A DNA stretch of 63,459 nt, the filler included, from Octopus bimaculoides (Eukaryota), in NCBI RefSeq assembly GCF_001194135.2. It is 6 parts of 5 records of this genome, joined end to end, with 100 filler letters (N's around TTAATTAATTAA, not from the genome) between each part and the next. Parts side by side here need not be neighbours in the genome. Positions count along the whole stretch, not along the records: positions 7,068 to 12,642 come from NC_068990.1; positions 12,743 to 39,969 come from NC_068983.1; 4 more parts are not named here. The stretch is one strand, 5' to 3'. The notes under the pieces are model-generated. The model worked only from the letters and a program-made list of their open reading frames with translations, was not told the DNA's origin and did not search any database. Below, piece by piece: positions 10,889 to 21,835 of this stretch; the first letter of the stretch is position 1; each line of letters opens with the position of its first letter. The position numbers were made by a program, and so were the translations under genes.

Positions 10889-12606
10889 AGTTAAATGCAG
10901 GTGTTATTCAAATTCTTTTACTTCTGACACATGTTTCGAGGATATCACTGGTATTATTCCAAAGGAATAGAATAGTGTAAAACAATGTAATCTTCTCTTC
11001 AGGGAAATGAAGAAATGAAACTTGTCAATAAGACATTTTAAAAGAAAAATGATGGATATGTATTGTGATTAACTGAACACTATTAAGTTTGTTTAAAAAA
11101 AAAACGTTAGAGGATATAACGTCAAAGGTAGCCTATAGAAAGAGAAGGGGTAAAGGAAAGAAAAAAAAAACAAATAAATGAGAAGTATATAACTATATGT
11201 ATATTAAATAAAACCATATAGACTTGGAAAAAAATATAACTAGTAAATGTGAAATGTAAGAAGAAAATTAATGTTTAAATTATATATAATGATAGATATC
11301 ACTTATATGAACTAAAGGTGTGTTTCTGTCAAAGTTTACATCAGTATGCATACTCTATAACAGTGTTTACAAGGGGATTTTTAGAAAAAAGAATAAAAAA
11401 TACTTCAAAATTACAGAGAGGACAGAATTCCTTGCCTTTATCATAAGGTATCGAAATTGAGAGAATCAACCCATCTAAATTAAAATGTTTATTGTGATCT
11501 TTTAGATACCAAATTAACTTACTAAGCCCTGTACTGTTGCGCTTATTCCTATCCTAAATGTAGAGTAATGATTAGAAATTCTTTTAGATAACTGAGAAGA
11601 TGAGCTGCCTATATGAAAAATACTTCGTTACCAGAAGTAATTTTACACTGATATACAGAATTTTTAATTTTAAAGTTACTTGACATAAATTTGATTCTGT
11701 TGTAATTGACTTCAGATACAATAACCTTGTTATTAATATTTCTAGGGAGATGGATGGTATTAGCTAAATTAATGTTAGTATTAGTAAATGTATCACTATT
11801 TAACAGGCTAATATTATGTGAAGAGATAATTTGTAAGAGATATTTTGTGTTGGAAAAACCAATCCTAACTGTGTGTGAATTGATAATAGAGTAATATCTA
11901 GAGTTCTAAGGAAAATTCATAATAATAACTTCACGAAACTGCAAAGGAAGATTAGATCTAATTTGCCTCCCATAAGGAATAATTAACCAAATAGTTTTAC
12001 TATTACCTTATTTTTAGTGTAACTATCTTTGAAAGACATAGATTTACCTTTAGAACGAAAATAGGGGATTAAATAAGGGTCACCTCCCTTCCTCTGTTTG
12101 GTGTTGGCAAATAAATTAAAATTGATATCGTTTATATCCTTAAAACTAGATTTCATGTCTCCATTAGTAAAGATAGAACAAGATTGAATGGAATTAATGT
12201 AGGTAACCTTCTTTGTATAACCTGCTTTAAGTAAGACAGAGTTATAAAATTCGGCCTTATCATTGAAAATGTCAGCATTAGCAGATAACTTAGACAATCT
12301 AAATGAAATATTCTTAACTAAGTTCCTCGTAATTACCCTAGAATGATTACTGAATTTGCTAATATACTTAAGATTGGTCGATGGTTTGTGGTATGGGAAG
12401 TATGAATTATTGCGTAAGTTAAGTGTAATATCTAAAAGGTTGGCCTTCATTACATTATCATCAAAAATGTTGCTTAAGTCCATTCTATGGAAAAACTTAA
12501 CTAAACTATTAACTTTTTGTACTTTTTGGTCAGAAACATTTTGAAAGTAAAGTAAGCAATCATCATAATATAGACTTCCATTTATGTTTGGGAACTGTTC
12601 TGCCAT
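10885..12606 (-). mobile_element. Penelope-like element, 5'-truncated: RT C-terminal half, GIY-YIG nuclease, 3' UTR and pLTR
   Basis: ORF 11983-12606 has LYYDDCL (RT catalytic motif variant) and YHKPSTNLKYISKFSNH typical of PLE RT. The minus strand near 11500-11660 reads, with frameshifts, VYQCKIT...YIGSSSSQLSKRISNHYSTF...STGLSKLIW (GIY-YIG). A hammerhead-like motif follows at the 3' end. Confidence 0.85.
10921..11007 (-). ncRNA. Type I hammerhead ribozyme motif in the PLE terminal repeat
   Basis: Minus strand TTTCC-CTGAAGA-GAAGAT...ATATCCTC-GAAAC-ATGT-GTC-AGAAG. The CUGANGA, GAAA and GUC core is intact, with G10.1-C11.1 and a short palindromic stem III (ACATGT). Stem I has one C-A mismatch at the first pair. 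Confidence 0.7.
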
Positions 12607-12742
12607 TTCAAAAAGTATATATATATATATATATATATATATNNNNNNNNNNNNNNNNNNNNNNNNNNNNNNNNNNNNNNNNNNNNTTAATTAATTAANN
12701 NNNNNNNNNNNNNNNNNNNNNNNNNNNNNNNNNNNNNNNNNN

Positions 12743-12978
12743 GGCCAGGTTTATGCTATTTATTATTGATGTTGTTTTATTGTCTATTTTGATTTTTGGG
12801 AGATATAATCTGTGGTCCATTCTAAGATCTGTGGTTTTCAGTTCTTCGGTTATTTTCATTTTCATAGTATCGTAATTATTAGGTTTCCCTTCGTTATTTC
12901 CAGGCTTTATATTTGTTTTGCCTTCCTTTTCATTCATATGTTTGTCTGTGGTGTTCTGGATTGGTGCTTTTTGTACAC

Positions 12979-12980
<2 letters not shown>
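12743..12980 (-). mobile_element. Probable R4/Dong N-terminal ORF fragment
   Basis: MKMKITEELKTTDLRMDHRLYLPKIKIDNKTTSIINSINLA, directly beside the same TAA array. Confidence 0.35.
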
Positions 12981-13039
<59 letters not shown>

Positions 13040-13042
<3 letters not shown>

Positions 13043-13375
13043 TAGTTTTATTTTTATAACGTGCTTTCACTTTCACTACCGAGCGCAGTTCTGTGTGCCT
13101 TGGGGATGTGCTAGTGCTGTGGTTTGTTGTGATGCTCTTATGGTTACTGTATTGAGAGTGTTTTACGTAGGATGTGTGCAGTCCCTGCTAGTGCTATTTT
13201 CTGTATGCTATATATATATTTGTTAGTCCTGGTGTGTTTGTTCTGTATTTGTCCGAATATTTTTTTTTATCATACCATGGAGTTGTTTCTGTTTTAGACT
13301 TCACATTTGAGTTACCTCTATTTCCAGGTCTTTGTATTTTGAAAGTTTCTCCATTTCTTTTGGTGAAACTTTGTT
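13040..13375 (-). mobile_element. R4/Dong-type 3' end
   Basis: KVSPKEMEKLSKYKDLEIEVTQM and a 3' UTR very similar to 43115-43460, ending in the (TAA)n array at 12981-13039. Confidence 0.85.
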
Positions 13376-13377
13376 GT

Positions 13378-13590
13378 GGCGAGCTGGCAAAATCGTTAGC
13401 ACGCTGGACGAAATGCCTATCGGTATTTCGCCCGTTGCTGCATTCTGAGTTAAATTCAGCCGAGGTCGACTTTGCCTTTCATCCTTTGAGGGCCGATATA
13501 TTAAATACCAGTTGAACACTGGGGTGTCGATGTAATCGACACATCCCCTCCTACAAAATTGCTGGCCTTGTGGCAAAATTTGAAACAATT
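13378..13590 (+). mobile_element. SINE family A
   Basis: Same head and body as 78-300, with a TTA tail. Confidence 0.85.
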
Positions 13591-14439
13591 ATTATTATTA
13601 TTATTATTTTATTAAAATCGCTTTTTACATCTTATAGGTGGAAGTGGAGAAGAATAACAGCGAAATACAGAGAGTATTAATATGAGACGAGTGCACATAG
13701 TAGGCTTCGTCATAGGCAATGTGTAAAATCTCTTCGAATGAGTAACACTTAAACGTCGCTCATGATTATAATTTTCTATTTCCATTTATCAGCAACATAG
13801 TATATTAAATCGATGAAGGTACCATCGTAGAAAATAAGTTACTTGTCATAAAATATAAAGAATCATGCACAAATGATTACAGATTGGTAATCTACTTCAA
13901 ATTTCTCTTCCGTAAACTTTCAAGTACTTTCGAAAGGAATTTTCAGTTTGTAAATTACTGTTATAAGTGTCTTTTCGTACACGTATCTAGATATTTATAT
14001 CTGAATGAAATTGTACGGTGATAAGTTTTTCAGTGGAGTAGATTGCAAAATTGCTATTATGTTGATAAATTTTAGAAAAATAACATATATTTATTGCAAA
14101 TATGCAAACGAGTATTTTCATTCAATTGGTGTGGTGGACACAAAGTGTGTAAGAATTCTTGGCACAGATACCTTGGTCCTGCGGACTTTGGCGTCACTGG
14201 AACGACGCTAACTTATTCGGTATCAGACATTGTAATGTTCCTCTCGTTTTCCGGACTTTTCATCCTTCCTCTACCTACTCCCTCTCTTTCTCTCACTGTT
14301 TATATGAGCATAATTCCCTTTGTGTATGAGGAGAGCTAAAGTGTTTATGTCAATCGTGTCTCTCAATCTTTCTGTCTATACATGTATATTTCAGCGCGCG
14401 TGCGCGTGTGTTTATCCTCACTGCCAAAAAGTACTGCCA

Positions 14440-14530
14440 CTAAAACAGGCTGAATGTTCAGTCGTCAGCTGTGCCAAATCATCAGCGTCCAATAGCCGCG
14501 CCCAATCGTTTCACTTCAGCGCGTAGAACA
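14440..14530 (+). promoter_or_regulatory. Possible promoter: two CCAAT boxes and an Inr-like TTCACTT
   Basis: CCAAT at 14489-14493 and 14502-14506 in a locally CpG-rich, non-repeat stretch, followed by TTCACTT near 14510. Confidence 0.2.
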
Positions 14531-15324
14531 GCAAGAATCCAAGCAAAAACTTATCTGTTCATTCTGAATACGTTCCAGCAAATTCGAAAGTCAATATCTG
14601 ATCGTTGCTATTTTCGTCGTCAGAGAACATATCCCTTTAGACGGACTGTGTTCATAACTTATGCAAATCACCGGTGTAAGGGGACTGTAATAGCAAACGG
14701 TTTCCAAGTTTTTTTTGCTTGTTTTTACCTTATTCTGTGTTTTCTCAGTCGAAGTTGCCTCGTGGTGCCGATGAGTCTAACAATAGTACAAGCTTTTGTT
14801 TATAGAAATCAGCAAGTAAATTATTTGCTGATGCATGCAGATGTCTGTCAAACAGACACTATCCCTTAAAGTCCACGCAAAACAGCGAGAACCACAACAA
14901 TCGTGTATCTTTTCATTCTCAATAGTTTCTGGCACATTCGAACGTAAACCTTTTTGATTAAGGAGACACTCAATAAAGTCGAAAGATTGTGGTATCCTGA
15001 AGTGTCATTACACACGTGAATTGCATGTTATGAAAACACATAGCCTAAAGGGAGGAGATTTACTCAGATAACAAAATACAAGAACGACCAGATATCTACG
15101 GTGGAATCTTTTATGACGTACATTTTAGGTAATAAAGAATTTTCTTTAGAAAATTAGTATTCAATTCAACATTGATTACAAATAAGGAAATTGTATTATC
15201 TTCAGGGAGTCAAATAAACAAATCATTTTTCACTTGCACTTATGCAGCTGTTAGATTGATGGATTAGAAGCAAGGAACACAGTACCTGGGAAATACATAG
15301 TTTTATATAAATGTTTCTACCAAT

Positions 15325-15512
15325 AACCACAAGGCCTGAAATTTCTGGAGAGGAGTAAGTCAATTACATCGACCCCAGTGCTCGACTGATGCTTATTGAC
15401 CCCGAAACGATGAAAGGCAAAGTCGATCTCAGTGGAATTTGAACTCAATGTGAAGACGGACGAAATGCCGCTAAGCATTAATGCGTGCTTAAGATTCTGC
15501 CAGCTCGTCGTT
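15325..15512 (-). mobile_element. SINE family A
   Basis: Reverse complement of the family A consensus (ATCGACCCCAGT..GATGAAAGGCAAAGTCGA..ATTTGAACTC). Confidence 0.8.
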
Positions 15513-16194
15513 TTAACACAGTTTTATATACTGCCATATTGCCTTCTATTTCTATAACATTGCAAGTCGAAGATGGATCTTTTAAATTACAGCACTGAAT
15601 AATCGGTGTTAATTATTTCCAGTCGATTTGATATCAGTAAAGAAGCCAATGATAACAGTTCCATCCAAAGCTATGTTGACTAACTGCATGTTTCTCGCTT
15701 AATTATAGCCCTGAAAGTAGCTCTTAGTGGCCTGGTCATTTAAATGAAAATGGTTAATCCATTGACGAATGCATCGTTGGTTTGATTAGCCGAGTACAAA
15801 ATACTGTCATAGATCTACAAAAGTAAATGGGAAGCAACTTTAGAGTCCATTTAGTCATACAGTACTATCATTAATAAGGTCTTCTCACATCCGGATGCTT
15901 TGCGTTAACGGGAATTCTGTACTCATCAACGCAAGAATAAATAGATAAGAAACCTCAACCTACTTCTGACCAGGTATCTCTGATACATGATTGGTCTGGA
16001 AAGCTATGATTTTGTGATTTGGCACGACAAAACCTATATTTTTACTCTTCATTATTAATCTTTCGTATTTTTCATTTCTCCCGTCTTTGTATGTCTTCAT
16101 TTTATCCTACTTTTTTGTTTCCATTGAACCTTCAACTTAAAGTGAATTATTTTTCTTAAAACCTACCTGATATGATTCTTGTGTGCTAAATAAT

Positions 16195-16385
16195 CATGGC
16201 TTTAAATTTTAGCACAAAGTCAGCTGTTTAGTGGGAGAGGTTACTTGATTACTTCAACCCATGTATACGAATGGTACTTCAAATTATCGATCCTGAAAGA
16301 GTAAAAGACAGAGTTAAACTCGGCAGGATTAGAATAAAGAACATAAACGTAGGACGTCGCTAATGATTCTGCCAGCTCGCTGCGT
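16195..16385 (-). mobile_element. SINE family A (decayed)
   Basis: Family A body plus head GATTCTGCCAGCTCGC. Confidence 0.7.
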
Positions 16386-16543
16386 TATGTACAATATAAT
16401 TATAATAACATACTTATAAATGTTATTACAATACTCCGTAAGACTTATTGAAACTCTTGTTGGAATGAATATTTTGAAATATCACTCATATGTTTATTTT
16501 TCTCTTATTCTTTCAAATACACACGCACAGAATCCCTCATTCT

Positions 16544-16636
16544 CTGTCTCTCTCTGTCTCTCTCTGTCTCTCTCTGTCTCTCTCTGTCTCTCTCTGTCTC
16601 TCTCTGTCTCTCTCTCTCTCTTTCTCTCTCTCTCTC
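16544..16636. repeat. (TCTCTGTCTC)n / (TC)n tract upstream of the kinase exon
   Basis: 10-bp unit repeated about 6-7 times, then TC repeats. Confidence 0.9.
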
Positions 16637-16866
16637 ACGGACACACGCATATGTCTGTATGTATATTTTGAAACAGATTCATAGCAATTATATTCTTCAC
16701 TATTAGGAACATTATTAAGAACATCATGCAGTGGTATAAGCAGTACTCTACTGGACAAAATACCTTTTGTCCAATATATTTACTATTAGTGCAACGTCCT
16801 ATGTTACCAAACGTAATAGACTTAACCAATTATCATGGTCATAATTATTTTCCTCATATCTTGCAG

Positions 16867-16964
16867 AATGAACCTTCGCGTGTGAGCGTTCTTCAAATGG
16901 TCAAAATTGCGACTGATATTGCCAAGGGATGTCAATATTTAGAAGAACAACATTTTATACACAG
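16867..16964 (+). CDS. ALK: Internal exon of an ALK/LTK-family receptor tyrosine kinase (alpha-E helix to HFIHR)
   Basis: Translates NEPSRVSVLQMVKIATDIAKGCQYLEEQHFIHR, similar to human ALK DIACGCQYLEENHFIHR. Flanked by TTGCAG acceptor and AG|GTAAGA donor. 98 bp, phase 0 to 2, matching my recollection of the equivalent vertebrate ALK exon 24. Orthology versus paralogy not established. Confidence 0.9.
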
Positions 16965-19134
16965 GTAAGAATGAATTTTGTGTAGAATGTTCATAATGAA
17001 TATAATGATATAAAATATTAATGGCGCAGATGTCATAAAATTAAAATGCAAGTGAGCCAAGCCTGCGATGCTGCTTCAATTCTTAACATGAGCAATGTCC
17101 CTCCATCTACAATAGTATATCCTGGTAAAGCATTGAAGACGCAACTGGTATTTTCCTCTCACCTGAAATACGGAACTTTTGTAGCTACCTAGTCACAAAA
17201 AAGCCAATATACTGTCGATGATATTAATACAAAATATAATTTCCTCGTGTATAAATCATCCTCAATGCATTAAGTGAGCGTCACTTATTCCTTGAGCAAA
17301 CATTTACTACCATCACTAATGCATTAAACGAAGGCATGCGGGTCTCACAAGCATTAATGATGGTTATTACACCAATTATTAATGTTCTATTAACTCTGCA
17401 ATCCCAGTGTTTTGATGTCGCATTCTCAGTCAACTTTCCATGAACAAACTTGCATAGTATCTTTTTTTATTTAGATTGTATTGGAGAAAGTTTACTGCTA
17501 AAATTGTGGAGGTTGGCATGGCAAACTTCCTCCAATGAGCACAACATTTCTTGATCGTCTCCTTAAGTCAGAGGTAATGAGCAATCCAGTAGAGTATTGG
17601 GGATTAACAACTGTACTGTTGTTGTTTGTCTCTACATAATTTTTTTTATTTGGACTGAATGGAATGGACAGCGCTTAGCGGATGTTATTCAATAATGTTA
17701 TACACGTATCTGGTTGTTTCATTGTGATTGCAGTAGTAGTAAGCATGTGAATCGGAAGCTAACTATTTCATGAAGTTAAAAACATCACGAAGCTAACTAT
17801 ATCATGAAGATATTTTATTTTGAGTATATTAGTTTCGCTATAGAGTAAGATTGGAGTCTAATGGTTTACTTTAGTATGGTTAGTTGGGTATTATTGTGGG
17901 ATAAATTGGAAGCCGTATTAATATTGGTATATTCCAGTAATTCTTGATCTTTCTGGCTTCAAAACATACTGGTCCAGTGAGTATAATTTTACTGTGTTAC
18001 TTAACATAGAGAGTAATACAAACAGCAAAGAATTTAGAAAAATCATAAGAAACTACCGCTTTATTTACTCTTTTTAATAAATTCTGTTTGACTATAACGA
18101 AATTATAAATAATCCGTGGCGTAACTAGATGCACTTTATGTACCACCAGTATACCGGGGTGCACCATTATAATTTATGATCCAATATATTATTTGTACTC
18201 TATATATTTATATATGTGTACATACCTATGTATAGTATTTGAGTACGTGTATACAAATATATGTACGGACACACACACACACACACACACGTACATATAT
18301 ATATATTATCCCTTAGTTGTATTGGGTATAATATAAATGATATAGATGCATTTATAATAGGTTATACTTTTTATTTCGTTCCATTGTTTAACAGTCAACT
18401 ATCTTAACCAATAATATAAATGCTGTATCTATAATTTCTTACGTCTTCGTTTCATAGTTAAATTTATACATGTAAATCGCAGCTGAATGATATAGTTTGA
18501 GGAGACCGAAATATTATGTAAACTGGTATAAGTATGGTAATAAGCTCGTATAAGTAATGCGAACTTCATCTTGTGACATTATTTTATAGTTATACACAAC
18601 ACATTTCTTCGATGAAATATATAGAAGATAAAACCAACTTAGAATTTCATTAATATTACACCAATATTTATTTACTTCCCTTTGACATTGTCATGAATGC
18701 TTTCCTATTTTATGAAGCATGATCTCGAGGTTATATTTCTCTGGACAACCTGAAGGTTTATGAGTACTAATGTCCTGCAAACTTTAATCTTGCTAACACC
18801 TGCCACGTCTAGATTAATCTTGGGTCATTCAAAAGAGAACATAGATTCCAGAATAAACTTGATTATCTAGACACACAAATTTACGCAAGCCAGCTAACAG
18901 CATGGTTTAAGCTGAAAGTAGAGCGAGCGGGCAACAGGGACTTAATAAAAGCCTCGATATGCCGGAACAACCGTATAAAAAATTGGGTCCCCTCTGAGCA
19001 AGTCAACTGTTTCATAATCACAAGAAGGCATCTGATTTTTTGTTTTTAATTAGATACACATATTAACTGATTCTGATAAGAAACCAATTCTTCTTTGAAT
19101 TGTGAGTCTTTCAGCAGCACTACTGTTTTCTTGC

Positions 19135-19200
19135 ATCTGTTACTTGTTTCAGTCATTGAACAGCGGTCATGCTCGTGCACTCTCTCTCTCTCTCTCCCTC

Positions 19201-19277
<77 letters not shown>

Positions 19278-19560
19278 AAGACTTTATTAGAGCGAATCGC
19301 CACAGTACTTATTTAAACTTGGTATATTCTATCGGTCTCTTTTGCCGACCCGCTAGATTAAGGGGATGCCAAAAAACATTAACACTGGTTGTTAGGTAGT
19401 GATAGGGAAACAAACACAAAGATGCACATACATAGTTATTTTTACAGTGAGCTTCCTTACGTTTACTGGATAGCAAATTAACTCACAAGGCATTGGTGAG
19501 CTATAATAGAATACACTTGCTCAAAGTGGCACGCAGAGGAACAGAACTCGGTATGTTTAC
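19135..19560 (-). mobile_element. SINE family B (decayed) with a (CT)n tract
   Basis: TTACTTGTTTCAGTCATT tail and CTTGCTCAAAGTGGCACGCAG head region. Confidence 0.7.
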
Positions 19561-20612
19561 AATTGTTTCTTTTCATAACATCATCCGTCCACTCTCGAAA
19601 GTATTGACGGAACTTCAGATAAATGAAGGAAAATCTATTTTGGTGGTGTTTTGTTTTGTCGAGCTTCTTCCTGCTATATCTTTCGGCCTGTGCAAATTTT
19701 GCTCATTTTCCAAGCTTTTTCTATTCGCTACATATAATTTAAGTTCCAATTCCAACTCATCCATCTCAGTACCTGAAGTGATGCCGAAATTTGGAACTGG
19801 TGCTGTGTTCGAGAGGGATTTCCAGTAAAAGATTGGTGTTTACTCTCTCTGGGTGCAACTATGATTTCTGATTTTGCTCAATGATCTGCTGGCAACGGTT
19901 CAAAGCAGGCTGCTCGGTGGCAGTACTAATGTTCTTGCTTCAACTCACATTTGCGCTTGTTACTGTAGTTAGTTCTATCGATAGATATCTTTTAAATAAC
20001 TTTCATTCCCACAGACGGAATATCTGAAAGTCTTTGCTTTCCACTACCAATTCTGAATTCTTCGTTCATAAGCTTGTATTCTTCTAGAAACACATTATTC
20101 CAAAATAAATATTCACATCAAGCTTGTTACAAAATCGTTTATGAAAGTCATTACATATCATGGATTCACTTGTGCTCTTATTATAATTGCTATGACATTT
20201 ATACTACTAGTATTTCTAATAACAACGGCATTAGTGTAGTGTCGTTTTTATTCGACTATTCTTGTGAATGGAATAAAACATCTATTGACCTAAAAAAAAA
20301 CCTTCCACGCTTTATGTGTGGGCTTAAATTCTTTAATAATATTACCAAAGTTTCTTCATAAATTTGTTTTACATTCACATTCCTTGAGAGAGATGCAATC
20401 AAATCTTTTTTTTTTTCTATTCCTACTCCTTCATACGAATTTCCATTCCGTTTTCTCGCGGAGGATACAACGAAATCTTATTTTATGTTTCTTATTTCTC
20501 CCCTTAACTTATTTCATAAAAATATTTCTTTCACTCCGCTGACCACTTTTTCCATGACTCGATTAAGTATCAAATATATGCATACGTCTTACGCAAATAC
20601 ACACACATATGC

Positions 20613-20650
<38 letters not shown>

Positions 20651-21180
20651 AATATGTTTGTATGTATTGTCACATATTTTTTGTTTTTGCTGCCGGCTTT
20701 AACGCTATCACATTATAGTTAACGTTTTTGTTTCTCTATCATCACTGTTTCATATTATTAGTTGTATTGTTTTTGTTAGAATTATTACCGTTGCTTGGGC
20801 AAATTGTTCACAATGCACCAAGGGATGTTATTTCCTTTCCTCTTCTCTCGTCAGAAAGATGTTGACTACCTAACTTATAGAAATTATATCCCGCTATTGC
20901 CTGTGCAGCTACATCAGAAATTATTTTTGCCTCGAAGGTAAATTAGATATAGAAACAACAAAATGTCTTCCCCTAAACGACGAAGAAGCATAAACAAGCT
21001 GTATTTTTCTGTCTTCAAAAAGAAATAAGATTAAGGCTAATATTCTAACTTACTTTAGAGAAAACTAGTATGATTACAAGTCAAAATAGTTCTCCAAGAC
21101 ACGATAATGTAGTAATAATAACAATAATAATATTAACAACAACAACAACAACAATAATAATAATAATAATAATAATAATA

Positions 21181-21459
21181 TGGTGAATTGGAGGACGGAC
21201 CTGACAGCATACGGAAGAAGTTTATGGACAGTAGAAATTAGGAGGGGCATCTTCCAAAGGGACTGCCTGTCCCCACTGATCTTTGTACTGTGCTTGATAC
21301 CACTAACACTGATTCTGAGGAAAGCAAAAGCTGAGTATGTATTCAAAAGCTGCTAACAAAATGTCAACCATTAGTTATTCATGGACGACCTCAAACTTTA
21401 TGGTAAAGATGAAGCCCAAGTCAGTTCCCTCGTTGATTCGGTGTATACCTTCAATGCTG

Positions 21460-21463
<4 letters not shown>
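21181..21463 (+). mobile_element. R4/Dong-type internal RT fragment flanked by (TAA)n on both sides
   Basis: IRRGIFQRDCLSPLIFVLCLIPL...LFMDDLKLYGKDEAQVSSLVDSV (QGD-like and MDD motifs). Confidence 0.8.
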
Positions 21464-21525
<62 letters not shown>

Positions 21526-21619
21526 TAATCCTTTCTATTTTAGGCATTAGGCCTGAAATTCTGCGGCAGGGGAATAGTTTATTACAACAATCCCAGTCTT
21601 CAATTAGTGATTATTTTAT

Positions 21620-21835
21620 CGACTCCGAGAACTCAGAATGTAAAGACCAACGAAATGCTGCAAACCACTTTGCTCGGCGTGCTAACGATTCTGTCAGCTT
21701 GCCACCTTGGATATTATTATTTCAAATACCATCGAGGTGAACCTTGCTTTCATTCCTGCAAGATCGATAAACTAAAGTACCAGTCATACAATGCACCTGT
21801 TGTCTTCCCCAAAAATTGCTAGCCTTATGTCAAAC
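21620..21835. mobile_element. Two back-to-back SINE family A fragments (minus, then plus)
   Basis: 21620-21705 is a minus-strand head; 21720-21835 is a plus-strand body. Confidence 0.6.

Noticed and set aside
14471-14869. 132-aa ORF in unique sequence
   Set aside because: No recognisable domain or splice support; length compatible with chance.
17494-17526. TAKIVEVGMA, loosely like VAKIGDFGMA, as the missing kinase exon
   Set aside because: No DFG, no upstream AARNC, and no fitting splice sites or frame.
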